From the human T2T-CHM13v2.0 reference genome, Homo sapiens: a stretch of DNA of 64,000 nt. The notes under the pieces are model-generated. The model saw only the letters and a list, made by a program, of their open reading frames with translations, did not search any database and was not told the origin of the DNA. The translations under genes and the position numbers were made by a program. Positions 1 to 20,981 of this stretch are shown in pieces. Position 1 is the first letter of the stretch. Every line of letters begins with the position of its first letter. The stretch is taken from NCBI RefSeq assembly GCF_009914755.1, contig NC_060927.1; one strand, written 5' to 3'.

Positions 1-19
1 AAGCTAAGAAATCAAACTA

Positions 20-148
<129 letters not shown>

Positions 149-315
149 CTATATAGTTGTTAGCAGGTCTTCTAAACATCGAACATTTAATAATCAATTA
201 ATTAATGCACGTAGAAAATATTTTGTTTTCTTTGAAATATTTTCTTCCATTTTTATCTTTTCAGTAAAGTTAACTCAGTGTGTTTGCATCAAATCTTTTT
301 TTGGGGGGATAAGCT

Positions 316-598
<283 letters not shown>

Positions 599-779
599 CT
601 AACTCTAGTAATAGTAGGATTTCCCAGCTTCACTCCTCCCTGCCTAGACACTCCACAGGAAATGACTCTAACATGCCCCACCCATCTGCACAGGGATCAT
701 AGCAGACTCTCCTATGCAAGCTCTGTCAGAAAACAGAACTACTAAAGCTAGGGAAGGATTCCTTTCTAGCTATTTATCA

Positions 780-2115
<1,336 letters not shown>

Positions 2116-3356
2116 AAAAACTTTACTTTTTAAGAGACAAGTTTTATAGACATAGGATTATATTTTCTTGTCCATAGATTCAATCATATTACTGGTTTGT
2201 CAACATAGAAGTGTTAGTATTGTTTGTTGGTTTTCAATTTTTAGAAACAACCCCAGAGCACTTTAATTATAATTAACAAACCATAATACAAGCATAATAA
2301 AGCTTGGAAAAGTAATATAACTTTATGTAAATATACACTGCATTTTAATATAATTTATCATTTCATATAGTTTGTTGTTAATTGGGAAAAAAGAGGAGAG
2401 AAGAAAGATGGAAGGAGGAAGTGCATTAATATGTTAATTTTTCATTATAGTCAATAGATACTAAAATTGATGAATCAAGAAGTAGAGGTTTAAATACCTC
2501 GAAGTCCTAAATGTTAGAAAAACTAAAAATAATATAACTACCAAAGTGGAGAGGTGGGAATTCAATACACATGTCAGAAATTGATAAACCAAGAAATGAA
2601 AATGTCATTTTAAATAATGGAAACAAAACTGAAGGTGAGTGGGAGTGGGGGTGAAGAAGGGCATGAGATTTTCATTTTTATACCTTTGTGTAGTTTGATT
2701 TTTTTAACCACATGTATACATTATCTTTATTACAAATTGAATTAAAAGGATAACTAAAAACATGTAAGTGAGACAGAACAATTCTCCTTAGACTTAAGAA
2801 TTCAAAAGTTGCTTACAAAAGCAAAGTTAGGGTAACTAATAATTCAAGATCATTGACTCAGGTTTGGTGTGAGATTTCAGGGAATATTTACAAAGATGTT
2901 CCAGAAGGCATTTCACTGGTATCTTCTTACTATAGTTAAAGTGCCTGAAGGCTAATAGCAATAACAAGAAAAAGAAGAGAGAGAGAGGAAAAAGGAAAAG
3001 CTATTATTTCCACTCTCTTCCACAAAAGGCGTCCCTGGTCACTCTTGCATTTAGCCAATAAAAGCCTATATTCAAAATTCTCAAGCACTTACAATTGCAC
3101 ACATGGCATATATAGTTATTCTTTCATGTTACATTGATAAGTGGACATGTAATCTCTAGAGCTAGGTAATAAGCTGGGGATAAGTGGGAACCTTTATCTC
3201 TTTCAAAGTGTCTACCAGTGTATATTTAAAAAAAACTTTTTAAAATAAGTAAGTCACAAATGCCCTGGATTATTTTACTCTACTTCCTAACATGTTTATC
3301 CAAAAGGTAAACATTATTGGGTTCAAAAAATGTGAAATTTGAAAACATTTTCTTAC

Positions 3357-3414
3357 CTATCTATACTCATTTCAGACATGTCTTTCCTAAATGTCTGAAA
3401 TATTTTAGGGAAAC
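3357..3414 (-). CDS. ERICH6: ERICH6 coding exon 2
   Basis: Minus strand ttcaacag|GT TTC CCT AAA...GAT AG|gtaaga; 58 nt; completes the phase-1 Ser codon of exon 1; encodes (S)FPKIFQTFRKDMSEMSID(R). Confidence 0.92.
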
Positions 3415-3449
3415 CTGTTGAATGAAACATTTAAAAATCAGCTATTCCC

Positions 3450-3975
<526 letters not shown>

Positions 3976-4132
3976 CTCTAGAAGACTTCTCTGCTTCTTT
4001 TTTCAAGGAAGTGACTGGAGTGGCTTCAGCACAGGATGTTAAATTAAACACAAAAGAGAGTTGTTTTTTTTTTTTTGCAGGACTGTTTCAGTAGTACAGC
4101 ACCCTTAAGGCACTTCTCTGGAAATAATATGA

Positions 4133-4262
4133 GTGTGTGTGTGTGTGTGTGTGTGTGTCTGTGAGAGAGAGAGAGAGGGAGAGAGAAAGAGAGGGGGAGG
4201 GGAGAGGGAGGGGAGGAAGAGGGAGGGGAGGGGGAACAGAGAGAGAGAGAGAGAGAGAGAGA
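4133..4262. repeat. Compound (TG)n-(GA)n microsatellite with G-rich core
   Basis: Directly visible. Confidence 0.95.
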
Positions 4263-4312
4263 TGTCACGGTGTGAATGCACGCAAAAATGTTATAAAAAT
4301 GAGCACTCCCAG

Positions 4313-4482
4313 CAGCCTGGGCAACATAGTGAGACGCCAGATTAGCTGGGTGTGGTGGCGTGTGCCTGTAGTTCCAGTTACTCGAGAGGCTGCGGTGGGA
4401 GGCTTGAGCCCAGGAGGTCGAGGCTGCAGCCACTGCACTCCAGCCTGGGCGACAGAGCGAGACTCTTGTCTAAAAAAAAAAA
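4313..4482 (+). mobile_element. Partial Alu
   Basis: cagcctgggcaacatagtgagac...gcactccagcctgggcgacagagcgagac plus A-tail. Confidence 0.8.
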
Positions 4483-4632
4483 AGCACTTCATACAGCCAT
4501 GCCCAAGTTCAACTTTTATGGTGTTTCGCCTATATCCTAAATCGTGCCTCATCACAACAGCTCAGCCAAGGGTTCAGTGTCTCTGACAAGGGCGTGAGAG
4601 AGATTAGGTGTGTGGAATGGTGCATGCATTTA

Positions 4633-5163
<531 letters not shown>

Positions 5164-5801
5164 TTACAGCCAGCTCTTTGGCCGCGGCCCCGGTCGGCTC
5201 TCGCGAGCGCGAGCCTCTGTTGTGCGTTGGTCTCCCCGGGCAACTGCTTGCCCTGCGCCACCGAGCCTCCCGGATTTAAAGCGGCAGGAGCTGGTTAGCC
5301 GGATAGAATGTGGGTGCCGAGGGCCGGTGGGGGCCACCGCAGACTTCTTTCTGTCCCTGCCTCTTCAGCGTCTCTGAAACCCCTGGCAGCCTGCGGAGAA
5401 ACGATCTTTTCTTCGTCTCTCAGCTTATTTGGGGCCTTTTTTTTTTTTTTTAACTTGGGTGGAGGAAGTGGCTTCTAGCGACGGACACACACGGTGCCAT
5501 TTGGTATTGCGGATGCTGGAGTCTGGTTATTGAGTAGACAGATGCTTGCTGGAACGTCCAGTGAAACTTTATTTACAAAATCAGGCGCCAGCCCTTGGGC
5601 CCTCGTTTGCGGATATTTTTAAAATAGCTTTAAATATTAATAAGCGTATTAAAATTGCCTTAAATGTTAGTTATCTTAAATATTGTTAGATTAATATTAA
5701 TTAATCTTGATTGGCGACATTTTTAGCGTCCCATAAATTTTGCTCCTTGCTGTGATCTGGGTCCTGCTTCTTACTTGGCCCATCTATCCATCCTGGAGTA
5801 G

Positions 5802-6672
<871 letters not shown>

Positions 6673-7499
6673 TAGGGAATATTTTTGAAAGTAGAGTTCT
6701 TGCAGGCTAAAGGAGCAGGCAGCACAGATGAGAGGAGACATCTGAGTTGCTTTAAAAGGAAGGGCAAAATGTGGTGACCAGAGAGGAAAGTGAAAAGCTT
6801 TCCAGCAGGCTCACGGCAGGAAAGGAGGGTCAGGACAGGGAACTATGTGTACAGATATTGAGGTACAAATAAGGTAAGTGTAATTTAAAAAGAGAAAATA
6901 AGAAAAAGCTCATTTCTTTTCTGGACAATACTAACAGTTTGATGCTGGAAGCTATCTTAGAAGTTAGGAAATTCAACCAGGGTCCTCAGAGAGCAGACTG
7001 GAAGTCAGGATGTGGGGATGAGACACGGGGCTGGCAGACAGCAAGGGTGACAGTGCTTGTGCTTACTCCGCTTGTGCCTGCTGTAGCTCAGTTCTGTGAC
7101 TGCCCTGGCATTTTCTCAATTGTGTGGTGAATTAATTTGTTTAAGTACTCCTTGTTTAGACCCTCTATTTAAGACCTTTTTTGAACATTTTATGGAATCT
7201 CCTTCCCTTGGATCTACTTACTACGGAAAGAACAGTCCCTTATTTTCTCATGAGTTGATGCCACTCTTGTTTTGGCCGTTCAGAGATAATATGATGCTGG
7301 GTCAGTTTATATTTTCCCCTTCTCCATTCCTGGTGTCTAGCTTGACTCAGGAACTTGAGATTTGAGAACCAGGCACCAGCCCTGACTAACTGTGACTTTG
7401 GGGTTACTGAGCCTCAGTTTCTTGGTGTGTTAAATGGAAATATCAGTACCTTTCCACTTAATTTATGGGGCTATTTTGAGATAAAATTTAATTATTGTT

Positions 7500-7637
7500 T
7501 ATTTTCTTCTTCTTTTTTTTTTTCCTAAGATGGCATCTCAATGTGTTACCCAGGCTGGTCTTGAACTCCTGGACTCAATCCTCCTACCTTGGCCTCCCAA
7601 AGTGCTGGGATTATAGGTGTGAGTCATCCTGTCTGGC
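7500..7637 (-). mobile_element. Alu monomer (FLAM-like)
   Basis: Left-arm-only Alu with T-rich tail. Confidence 0.75.
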
Positions 7638-7735
7638 CTATTTTCTGAGGACTGATTTTGTATTTTATTATTATTATTTTAGGACCACATAACTCTGTTT
7701 AGAAAATGTTTCTAATGTATTGAGTGCTTCAAAGG

Positions 7736-8407
<672 letters not shown>

Positions 8408-8638
8408 AGAGGTAATGGATTTTTAAAAAATTTCCTATCTCAAGTATATAATGTTATGTAATTGTTCCCTATTGTCATCATTTGATATTTTGTTTGCCTT
8501 TCTTTAATTTTGTTTTTAATTGGCACATCATAATTGTACATATTCATGGGATACAGTGTGATGTTTCAATATGTGATACATTGTGTGAAAATCAAATCAG
8601 GATATTTAGCATATCCATCATCTCTTACATTTATCGTT

Positions 8639-8988
8639 TGTATTAGTTCCTTCTCACACTGCTAATAAAGACATACTTGAGGCTGGGTAACTTATAAAGG
8701 AAAAAGCTTTAATTAGGCCTCAGGAGACTTACAATCATGGCAGAAGGGAAAGCAAACACATTCTTCTTCACATGATGGCAGGAAGGAGAAGTGCCGAGCA
8801 AAAGTGGGGAAAGCCCCTTATAAAACCATCGGATCTTGTAAGAACTCACTCACTATCATAAGAACAGCAGCATGGGGGTAATTGCCCCCACGATTCAATT
8901 ACCTTCTATGGGTTTCTCCCACGACACGGGATTATGGGAACTACAATTCAAGATGAGATTTGGGTGGGGACACAGCCAAACTATATAA
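8639..8988 (-). mobile_element. THE1-type MaLR solo LTR
   Basis: tgtattagt...ggggacacagccaaactatataa; 5-bp flanks tcgtt/tcatt. Confidence 0.85.
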
Positions 8989-9352
8989 TCATTTCTTTGT
9001 GATGAGAACATTCAAAATTATCTCTTCTAGCTATTTTGAAATATGTAATATTGTTAACCATAGTCAGCCTACTGTGCAGTAGAATACCAGACTTTATTCC
9101 TCCTATCTAACTGTAACTTTGTACTCGTTGACCAATTTCTCTTTATTTTCTCTCCATCCTCCCCTCCGCAGCCTCTGGTAACCACTGTTCTACTCAATAC
9201 TTTTATGAGGTGAACTTCTTTGGATTCCACATATGATCAAGATCATGAGGTATTTGTCTTTCTATAGCCTGGCTTATTTCACATTACATAATATCCTCCA
9301 GGTTCATCCACATTGTTGTATATGACAGGATTTCATTCCTTTTTATGGCTGA

Positions 9353-9673
<321 letters not shown>

Positions 9674-10565
9674 CAGATTATTATCATTATTATTATTTAG
9701 CTTTTGAGTATTCTGAGTTCCTCATATATTCTGAATATGAACCCCTTGTCAGATGTATGATTTGCAAATATTTTCTCCTGTTCTGCAACTTGTCTCTTCA
9801 CTCCGTTGATTGTTTCCTTTGCTGTGCGGAAGCTTTTTAGTTTGAAATAATTCTATTTGTCTATTTTTCTTTTTGTTTCTTGTGCTTTTGGGGTCTTATT
9901 TAAAAAATCCTTGCTCAGAACAATGTCATGAAGCATTTCCCTTGTGTTTTCTTCCACTAGTTTTATTGTTTCAGGTCTTACACTTAAGTCTTTAATCCAT
10001 TTTGATTTGATTTTTATATATGGTAAAAGATAGGGATCTAGCTTTATTCTTCTGCATGTGGATATCCAGTTTCCAGCACTATGTATTGATGAGACTGTCT
10101 TTTCTCCATTGTGTGTTCTTGGAACCTTTGTCGAAAATCAGTTGGCTCTAAGTATGTGAATTTATTTTTGTGTTCTCCGTTCTGTCCCATTGGTCTGTGT
10201 GTCTGGTTTTTTGTCAGTATCATGTTGTTTTAGTTACTACAGCTTTGTAGTATATTTTGAAGTCAGGTAGTGTGATGCCTCCAGCTTTGTTCTTTTTGTT
10301 TCCTTTTCTGTTTTCCATTTTCCCTCAAAGACTGCCATGAATACCACCACTTTGAGAAAGGCAGGAAAGTGAATTTTTGTCCGGCTTAAACTTCTTATTT
10401 GCATATAGAATATTTTGAATGGGCTATAGATAGCTCCCTAGCACATCCATGAAGAAAGCACAGTATCTCTTCAGAATGCCTTAGTTAAGCATTGTTCTGA
10501 TTCATGGTGGAAGAACAACTTTAAAGAACTGTAGCCTTGATGATGGCTAATTAAAAATGTTCCTA

Positions 10566-10814
<249 letters not shown>

Positions 10815-11537
10815 TTAATTAGCAGTGACATCCACTTTATCCTTGCTCTTAATATTTTGTTATTGTTATTACTATTCATGTAGTCTTGTCTCCTTAAATA
10901 CTTGGTTATTTTTTATCCTATGCCAGATGTTATTTGAAAAAAAAATGGTGGAAAAATTTGAGGTTCAGGATTAAGTTCCTCTGGAAAGAATTATATTTGC
11001 TTTAGGAAGGCACCTAGGAGGCCTCATAATCCAGGATCATCTTAATCCAATTTCAGTGATTACCATGATTCAAAACTAGACTGTGTCCCTACAAGGATAT
11101 TCTATTTCTACTTAGCCTTTATGCTGAAAATATGCTTAAAATGCAGCCCTTCAGAACCCCAGTCTCAAGTGGGGAGTTACCAGCACCTCTCTTCCACCCT
11201 TGGTTGGCTTTGACTCTCATTTTTCCATTTTCTTAGCCAGTCAAGATCATCAGAAATCTTATTCAGACTCTCAGTTACCTGTTCTAGAATTGGCAAATGC
11301 TTCAGGGAAAAAGCAAGCCCAAAACACCTCTCTGGATTCTCCTCTTCTTTATTATCTTAGCCGAGTTATTTTAAAGTGCCTTGCTAGTTCTTCTGTGCCT
11401 TTATGAGTTTTCACCAAATACATTTGTCTGGCTTGTGTAGATGTCCTCAGTGGGAAAATTAGTCAGACTTACATAGCTCATCATTACTGGAAGTAGAAGT
11501 GGCAACTGTCTTTGATGGGGAAATATATAAAAGGTGA

Positions 11538-11921
11538 TGCTGTGGTCTGAATGTGCCGCAGAGTTCATGTGTTGAAACTTAATCATCAATGTGAGAGTAT
11601 TAAGAGATGGAGGCCTTTAGGGAGTGATTCAGTCATTCGGGCAGAGCCCTCAGGAATGGGATTAATGACCTTACAAAAGGGCTTGAGAGAACTAGCATCT
11701 CTTTTACACATCTGCCATGTGAGGACACAGTGTTTGTCACCTCTGGACACAGCAACAAGGCACCATCTTGGTAGCAGAGAGACTGGGCCCTCATCAGGCA
11801 CTAAACCTGCTGGCACCTTGGTCTTGGACTTCCCAGTCCTCAGAACTGTGTAACGTTTCCGTTGTTTATAAATTACCCAGTCTGTGGTATTTTGTTTTTG
11901 AAGCACAAATGGACTAAGACA
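11538..11921 (+). mobile_element. MaLR solo LTR (MST/MLT1A-like)
   Basis: TG...CA termini tgctgtggtctgaatg...ggactaagaca; ggacttcccagtcctcagaactgt and aaattacccagtc motifs. Confidence 0.82.
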
Positions 11922-12757
11922 GGTAGGTTTATGGGAATGAGTGCATGAAATCTCAACCTTAGGAAAGGATATAGGGTTGAAGTTCTAGGAAGGAACCTTC
12001 ATCTTATAAAGAAGATGTCTTCTAAAGAAGGTATAGGCTAGATTGTTGTAACAAAGAAAAATACATTAGTTCCAACAAGATTGCAGTGCATTGATTTCTC
12101 TCCCATAGTAGTCCAGAAGAAGATAGTTTATGTTATTGGGGCAGCTCTGATCTACAAGCATCCAGGGACTTAGGTTTCATCTATCTTGTTGCACCACCAT
12201 CCCCTAAGATGAGGTTCTCACCCTCACACTAAATACCATATCAATATTCCAGTTGGGAAGGAAAGAGGAAGAGGAGGGCAGCCAGATTTTTGCTGGCTTG
12301 CTTGTGTGTTTTTAAGAATATAATCTGGAAGTTGAATGCATCTCTTCCGTTCACACATTCTTGGTCCAAACCAATTATTTGCATAGCCATAGCTAGAGGC
12401 CAGAGAGGATTGGACATGTCACTTCTTGCTGGGAAACTGTATGACTTGCTAAAAGTTGTGACAGCGTGTAGGGGTGGCCAGTGACTGTAATGGTAGGAAG
12501 AAGAGTAGAATAGACCCTGGGGAACAATTTGCAGTCTCCATCATGGACCCTGGTTAAGAGAGGTAGAGAATTATATCTAATTCACACAATGGGCTAATGG
12601 GACAAGCCCAGCCCAGGAGAGACATCAATATGGCTTCATACATGAGGAGGGACACCTGATACTTCTGTGTGTTAAGGGAGGATGAATTCAAGTGGTGGCT
12701 GTCAAACTAGAGCATGCATCAGAATTATGTGGAAGGTTTATTAAAATACAGATTGCT

Positions 12758-13073
<316 letters not shown>

Positions 13074-14415
13074 TGATTGCTGGCAAGATGGCTGAATAGG
13101 AACAGCTCCAGTCTGCAGCTCCAAGGGAGATCAACACAGAAGGTGGGTGATTTCTGCATTTCCAACTGAGGTACCCAGTTCATCTCATTGAGACTGGTTA
13201 AACAGTGGGTGCAGCCCACGGAGGGTGAGCTGAAGCAGGGTGGGGCATTGCCTCACCCGAGAAGTATAAGGGGTCAGGGAACTCCCTCCCCTAGCCAAGG
13301 GAAGCTGTGAGGGACTGTGCTGTGAGGAACGGTGCACTCTGGCCCAGATTCTATGCTTTTCCCATGATCTTCGCAACCCGCACAGCAGGAGATTCCCTCC
13401 AGTGACTAGGCCACCAGAGCCCTGGGTTTCAAGCATAAAACTAGGTGGTCATTTGGGCAGACACTGAGCTAGCTGCAAGAGTTTTTTTTTTTTTTCATAC
13501 CCCAGTGGCGCCTGGAACGCCAGCAAGAGAGAACCGTTCACTCCCCTGGACAGGGGGCTGAAGCCGTGGAGCCAAGTGGACTAGCTCAGCGGATCCCACC
13601 CCCACAGAGCCCAGCAAGCTAAGATCCACTGGCTTGAAATTCTTGCTGCCAGCACAACAGTCTGAAGTCAACCTGGGATGCTGGAGCTTGGTGAGGGGAG
13701 GAGCGTCCACCATTACTGAGGCTTGAGTAGGCGGTTTTCCCCTCACAGTGTAAACAAAGCCACCAGGAAATTTGGACTGGGTGGAGCCCACCGCAGCTCA
13801 GCAAAGCCGCTGTAGCCAGGCTGCCTCTCTAGATTCCTCTTCTCTGGGCAGGGCATCTCTGAAAAAAAGGCAGCAGCCCCAGTCAGGTACTTATAGATAA
13901 AACCCCCACCTCCCTGGGACAGAGCACCTTGGGGAAGGGGCAGCTGTGGGCACAGCTTTAGCAGACTTCAACGTCCCTACCTGACGGCTCCGAAGAGAGC
14001 AGCTGATCTCCCAGCACAGTGTTCAAGCTCTGCTAAGGGTCAGACTGCCTCCTCAAGTGGTTCCCTGACCCCTGTGTCTCCTGACTGGTAGACACCTCCC
14101 AGCAGGGGCTGACAGACACCTCATACAGGAGAGCTCTGGCTGGCATCTGGCGGGTGCCCCTCTGGGACGAAGCTTCCAGAGGAAGGAACAGTCAGCAATC
14201 TTTGCTGTTCTGCAGCCTCCGCTGATGATATCCAGGGAAACAGGGTCTGGAGTGGATCTCCAGCAAACTCCAGCAGACCTGCAGCAGAGGGGCCTGACTG
14301 TTATAAGGAAAACTAACAAACAGAAAGGAATAGCATCAACATCAACAAAAAGGATGTCCACTCAGGGACCTCATCCAAATGTCACCAACATCAAAGACCA
14401 AAGGTAGATAAATCC

Positions 14416-15460
14416 ATGAAGATGGGGAGAAACCAGTGCAAAAAGGCTGAAAATTCCAAAACCCAGAACGCCTCTTCTCCTCCAAAGGATCACAACTCCT
14501 TGCCAGCATGGGAACAAAACTGGATGGAGAATGAGTTTGATGAATTGACAGAAGTAGGCTTCAGAAGGTGGGTAATAACAAACTCTTCCGAGCTAAAGGA
14601 GCATATTCCAACCCAATGCAAGGAAGCTAAGAGCCTTAAAAAAAGGTTAGAGGAATTGCTAACTAGAATAACTGGTTTAGAGAAGAACATAAATGACCTG
14701 ATGGAGCTGAAAAACACAGCACGAGAACTTCGTGAAACATACGTAAGTATTAATAGCCAGATTGATCAAACGGAAGAAAGGATATCAGAGACTGAAGATC
14801 AGCTTAATGAAATCAAGTGAGAAAACAAGATTAGAGAAAAAAGAATGAAAAGGAATATGGGACTATGAAATCCAAGAAATATAGGACTATGTGAAAAGAC
14901 CAAATCTACATTGATTGGTATACCTGAAAGTGACGGGGGAGAATGGAACCAAGTTGGAAAACACTCTTCAGGATATTATCCAGGAGAACTTCCCCAACCT
15001 AGCAAGATGACCAACAATCAAATTCAGGAAATACAGAGAACACCACAAAGATACTCCTCGAGAAGAGCAACCCCAAGACACATAATCATCAGATTCACCA
15101 AGGTTGAAATGAAGGAAAAAATGTTAAGGGTAGCCAGAGAGAAAGGTCAGGTTACCCACAAAGGGAAGCCCATCAGACTAACAGCAGATCTCTCTGCAGA
15201 AATCCTACAAGCCAGAAGAGGGGGGGCCAATATTCAACATGCTTAAATAAAAGAATCCTTAGAGAAAAGAATTTTCAACCCAGCATTTCACATCCAGCCA
15301 AACTAAGCTTCATAAGTGAAGGAGAAATAAAATCCTTTACAGACAAGCAAATGCTGAGAGATTTTGTCACCACCATGCCTGCCTTACAAGAGCTCCTGAA
15401 GGAAGCACTAAACATGGAAAGGAACAACCAGTACCAGCCACTGCAAAAACATACCAAGTA
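14416..15460 (+). pseudogene. Disrupted L1 ORF1p
   Basis: MGRNQCKKAENSK...; premature TGA at 14818-14820; later fragment RRATPRHIIIRFTKVEMKEKML. Confidence 0.88.
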
Positions 15461-15523
15461 AAGAACATCAACACTATGAAGAAACTGCATCAACTAACGT
15501 CAAAATAACCAGCTAGCATCATA

Positions 15524-18287
<2,764 letters not shown>

Positions 18288-18305
18288 TAGATAGGTATGG
18301 TTTTC

Positions 18306-18356
18306 TATCTATCTATAGATATAGATAGATAGTATATAGTATATAGATAGATAGAT

Positions 18357-18409
<53 letters not shown>

Positions 18410-18415
18410 TAGATA
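18306..18415. repeat. (TAGA)n/(TA)/(CA)n compound microsatellite at the L1 3' break
   Basis: Directly visible. Confidence 0.9.
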
Positions 18416-18441
18416 GATTGCTGAGTGTTATCCCCCTGGAC

Positions 18442-18740
18442 TTTTTTTTTTGAGACTGGGTCTTGCTCCGTTGCCCATGCTGGAGTGCAGTGGCACTTTC
18501 ATAGCTCACTATAACCTTGAACTCCTGGGCTCAAGTGATTCTCCTACCTCAGTCTCCTGAGTAGCTAGGACTACAGGTGCATACCACCATGCCTGGCTAA
18601 TTTTTTTTTTTTTTTTTTTTTGAGAGATGGGGTCTTCCTATGTTGTTGCCCAGGTTAGCCTCAAACTGTTGGCCTCAACTGATTCTCCTGTCGTGGCCTT
18701 CAATGTGCTGGATTACAGGTGTGAGTCACTGCACCTGGGC
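18442..18740 (-). mobile_element. Alu (AluJ-like)
   Basis: Target-site duplication cccctgga on both sides. Confidence 0.88.
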
Positions 18741-18781
18741 TCCCCTGGATTTTTGATTCAGTAGGTCTGGGACAGATCTGA

Positions 18782-19104
<323 letters not shown>

Positions 19105-19611
19105 TGAAAATTTTTATTTCTAACAGTTTTCCAAATGATGCTGATACAACTGCTTCAGGGATCAAACTTTAAGAACACCGTATCTTGTGCTCAATTAGCT
19201 TGTATTGGATTTGCTTCTACGAGTTGATGAAAAGGAATGTGTATAACAATAATATAATCGAATTCTACATTTTCAGCTGTGGGATTCTAGAATCCTTCAC
19301 CACTGTATTATTGAGGGGATCATTGAAGTCTAGGTAAACTCCTTAACATGGATGAACATAATCACTTCGCTTCTTGATTTCTTAATACCTGCTTTCTTTC
19401 TCCCTTGTTAATCCCAATAGAATATCCTGCAAAGCCAGTTAAAGCTCCTCACTTGAAGAATCACTGATTAGCAGATTTCACTGTGTGCTTACTTCAGAAA
19501 GATGTGTGCAGCATATTATTTTTATAGCTTTTAATTCATACTTTAATGAGAATTTTATGAATATAGGTAGGTCTTGGTTCTTCAGGACAAGATAGAGCAT
19601 AATTTGTTTAA

Positions 19612-19929
<318 letters not shown>

Positions 19930-20000
19930 CCCTTTTTTAATTTTAAGAGACTGAATTTTTTAAGTAACCGAATTCCTGTATTAGCTATAGAATGGAATTA

Positions 20001-20345
<345 letters not shown>

Positions 20346-20382
20346 TTATGTCTTCTGAGGAAATTACTAAAGTTCAGACACT

Positions 20383-20812
20383 GATAAATGGATAATTAAA
20401 ATGTAGTGTGTCCTTACAATGGAATATTACTTGGTGATAAAAATAAATGAATTACTTATATATGCTACAACGTGGATGAACCTTGAAAACATTATGTTAA
20501 AGAAAAGCAGCCAGTCACAAAGGACCATGTATGTATTGTGTGATCCTATTTGTATGAAATATACAATAGGCAAAACAGGCAAATCTGTAAAGAAAGTAGA
20601 GTCATGATTTTCTAGAATCGGTGGAGTTTGGGGAAATGGGCGGTGACTGCTGATGGGTGTGTGATTTCTTTTAGGGGTGATGAACATGATCTAGAATTGA
20701 TTGTGGTGTTCTTACACATCTCTGTGAACATACTAAACACCACTGAATGGTACACTTCAAGTGGGTGAATTGTATGGTATGTGAACTATATCCTAAAAAA
20801 GTTGTTTTTTAA
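20383..20812 (+). mobile_element. Old L1M (L1MB-like) 3' end
   Basis: atgctacaacgtggatgaaccttgaaaacattatg...gtgaattgtatggtatgtgaa. Confidence 0.75.
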
Positions 20813-20981
20813 AAAGGAAAGGAAATGGTTTACTTTTGAGGGTAAATTGAAAGCTCCCCACCCAGATATTATTAACAACAGTTAATGTAACAGCAGTATA
20901 GAGCACTGACCCTGCCATCTGCGTGTATCTTCATTCTGATATTCCTTTCTCTGTCCATCATATGCCCCTTGATTTTGCTTT

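Noticed and set aside
4044-4586. ORFs with CVCV/RERE/SLSL runs (similar ones at 24438-24815 and 18309-18509)
   Set aside because: Produced by microsatellites.
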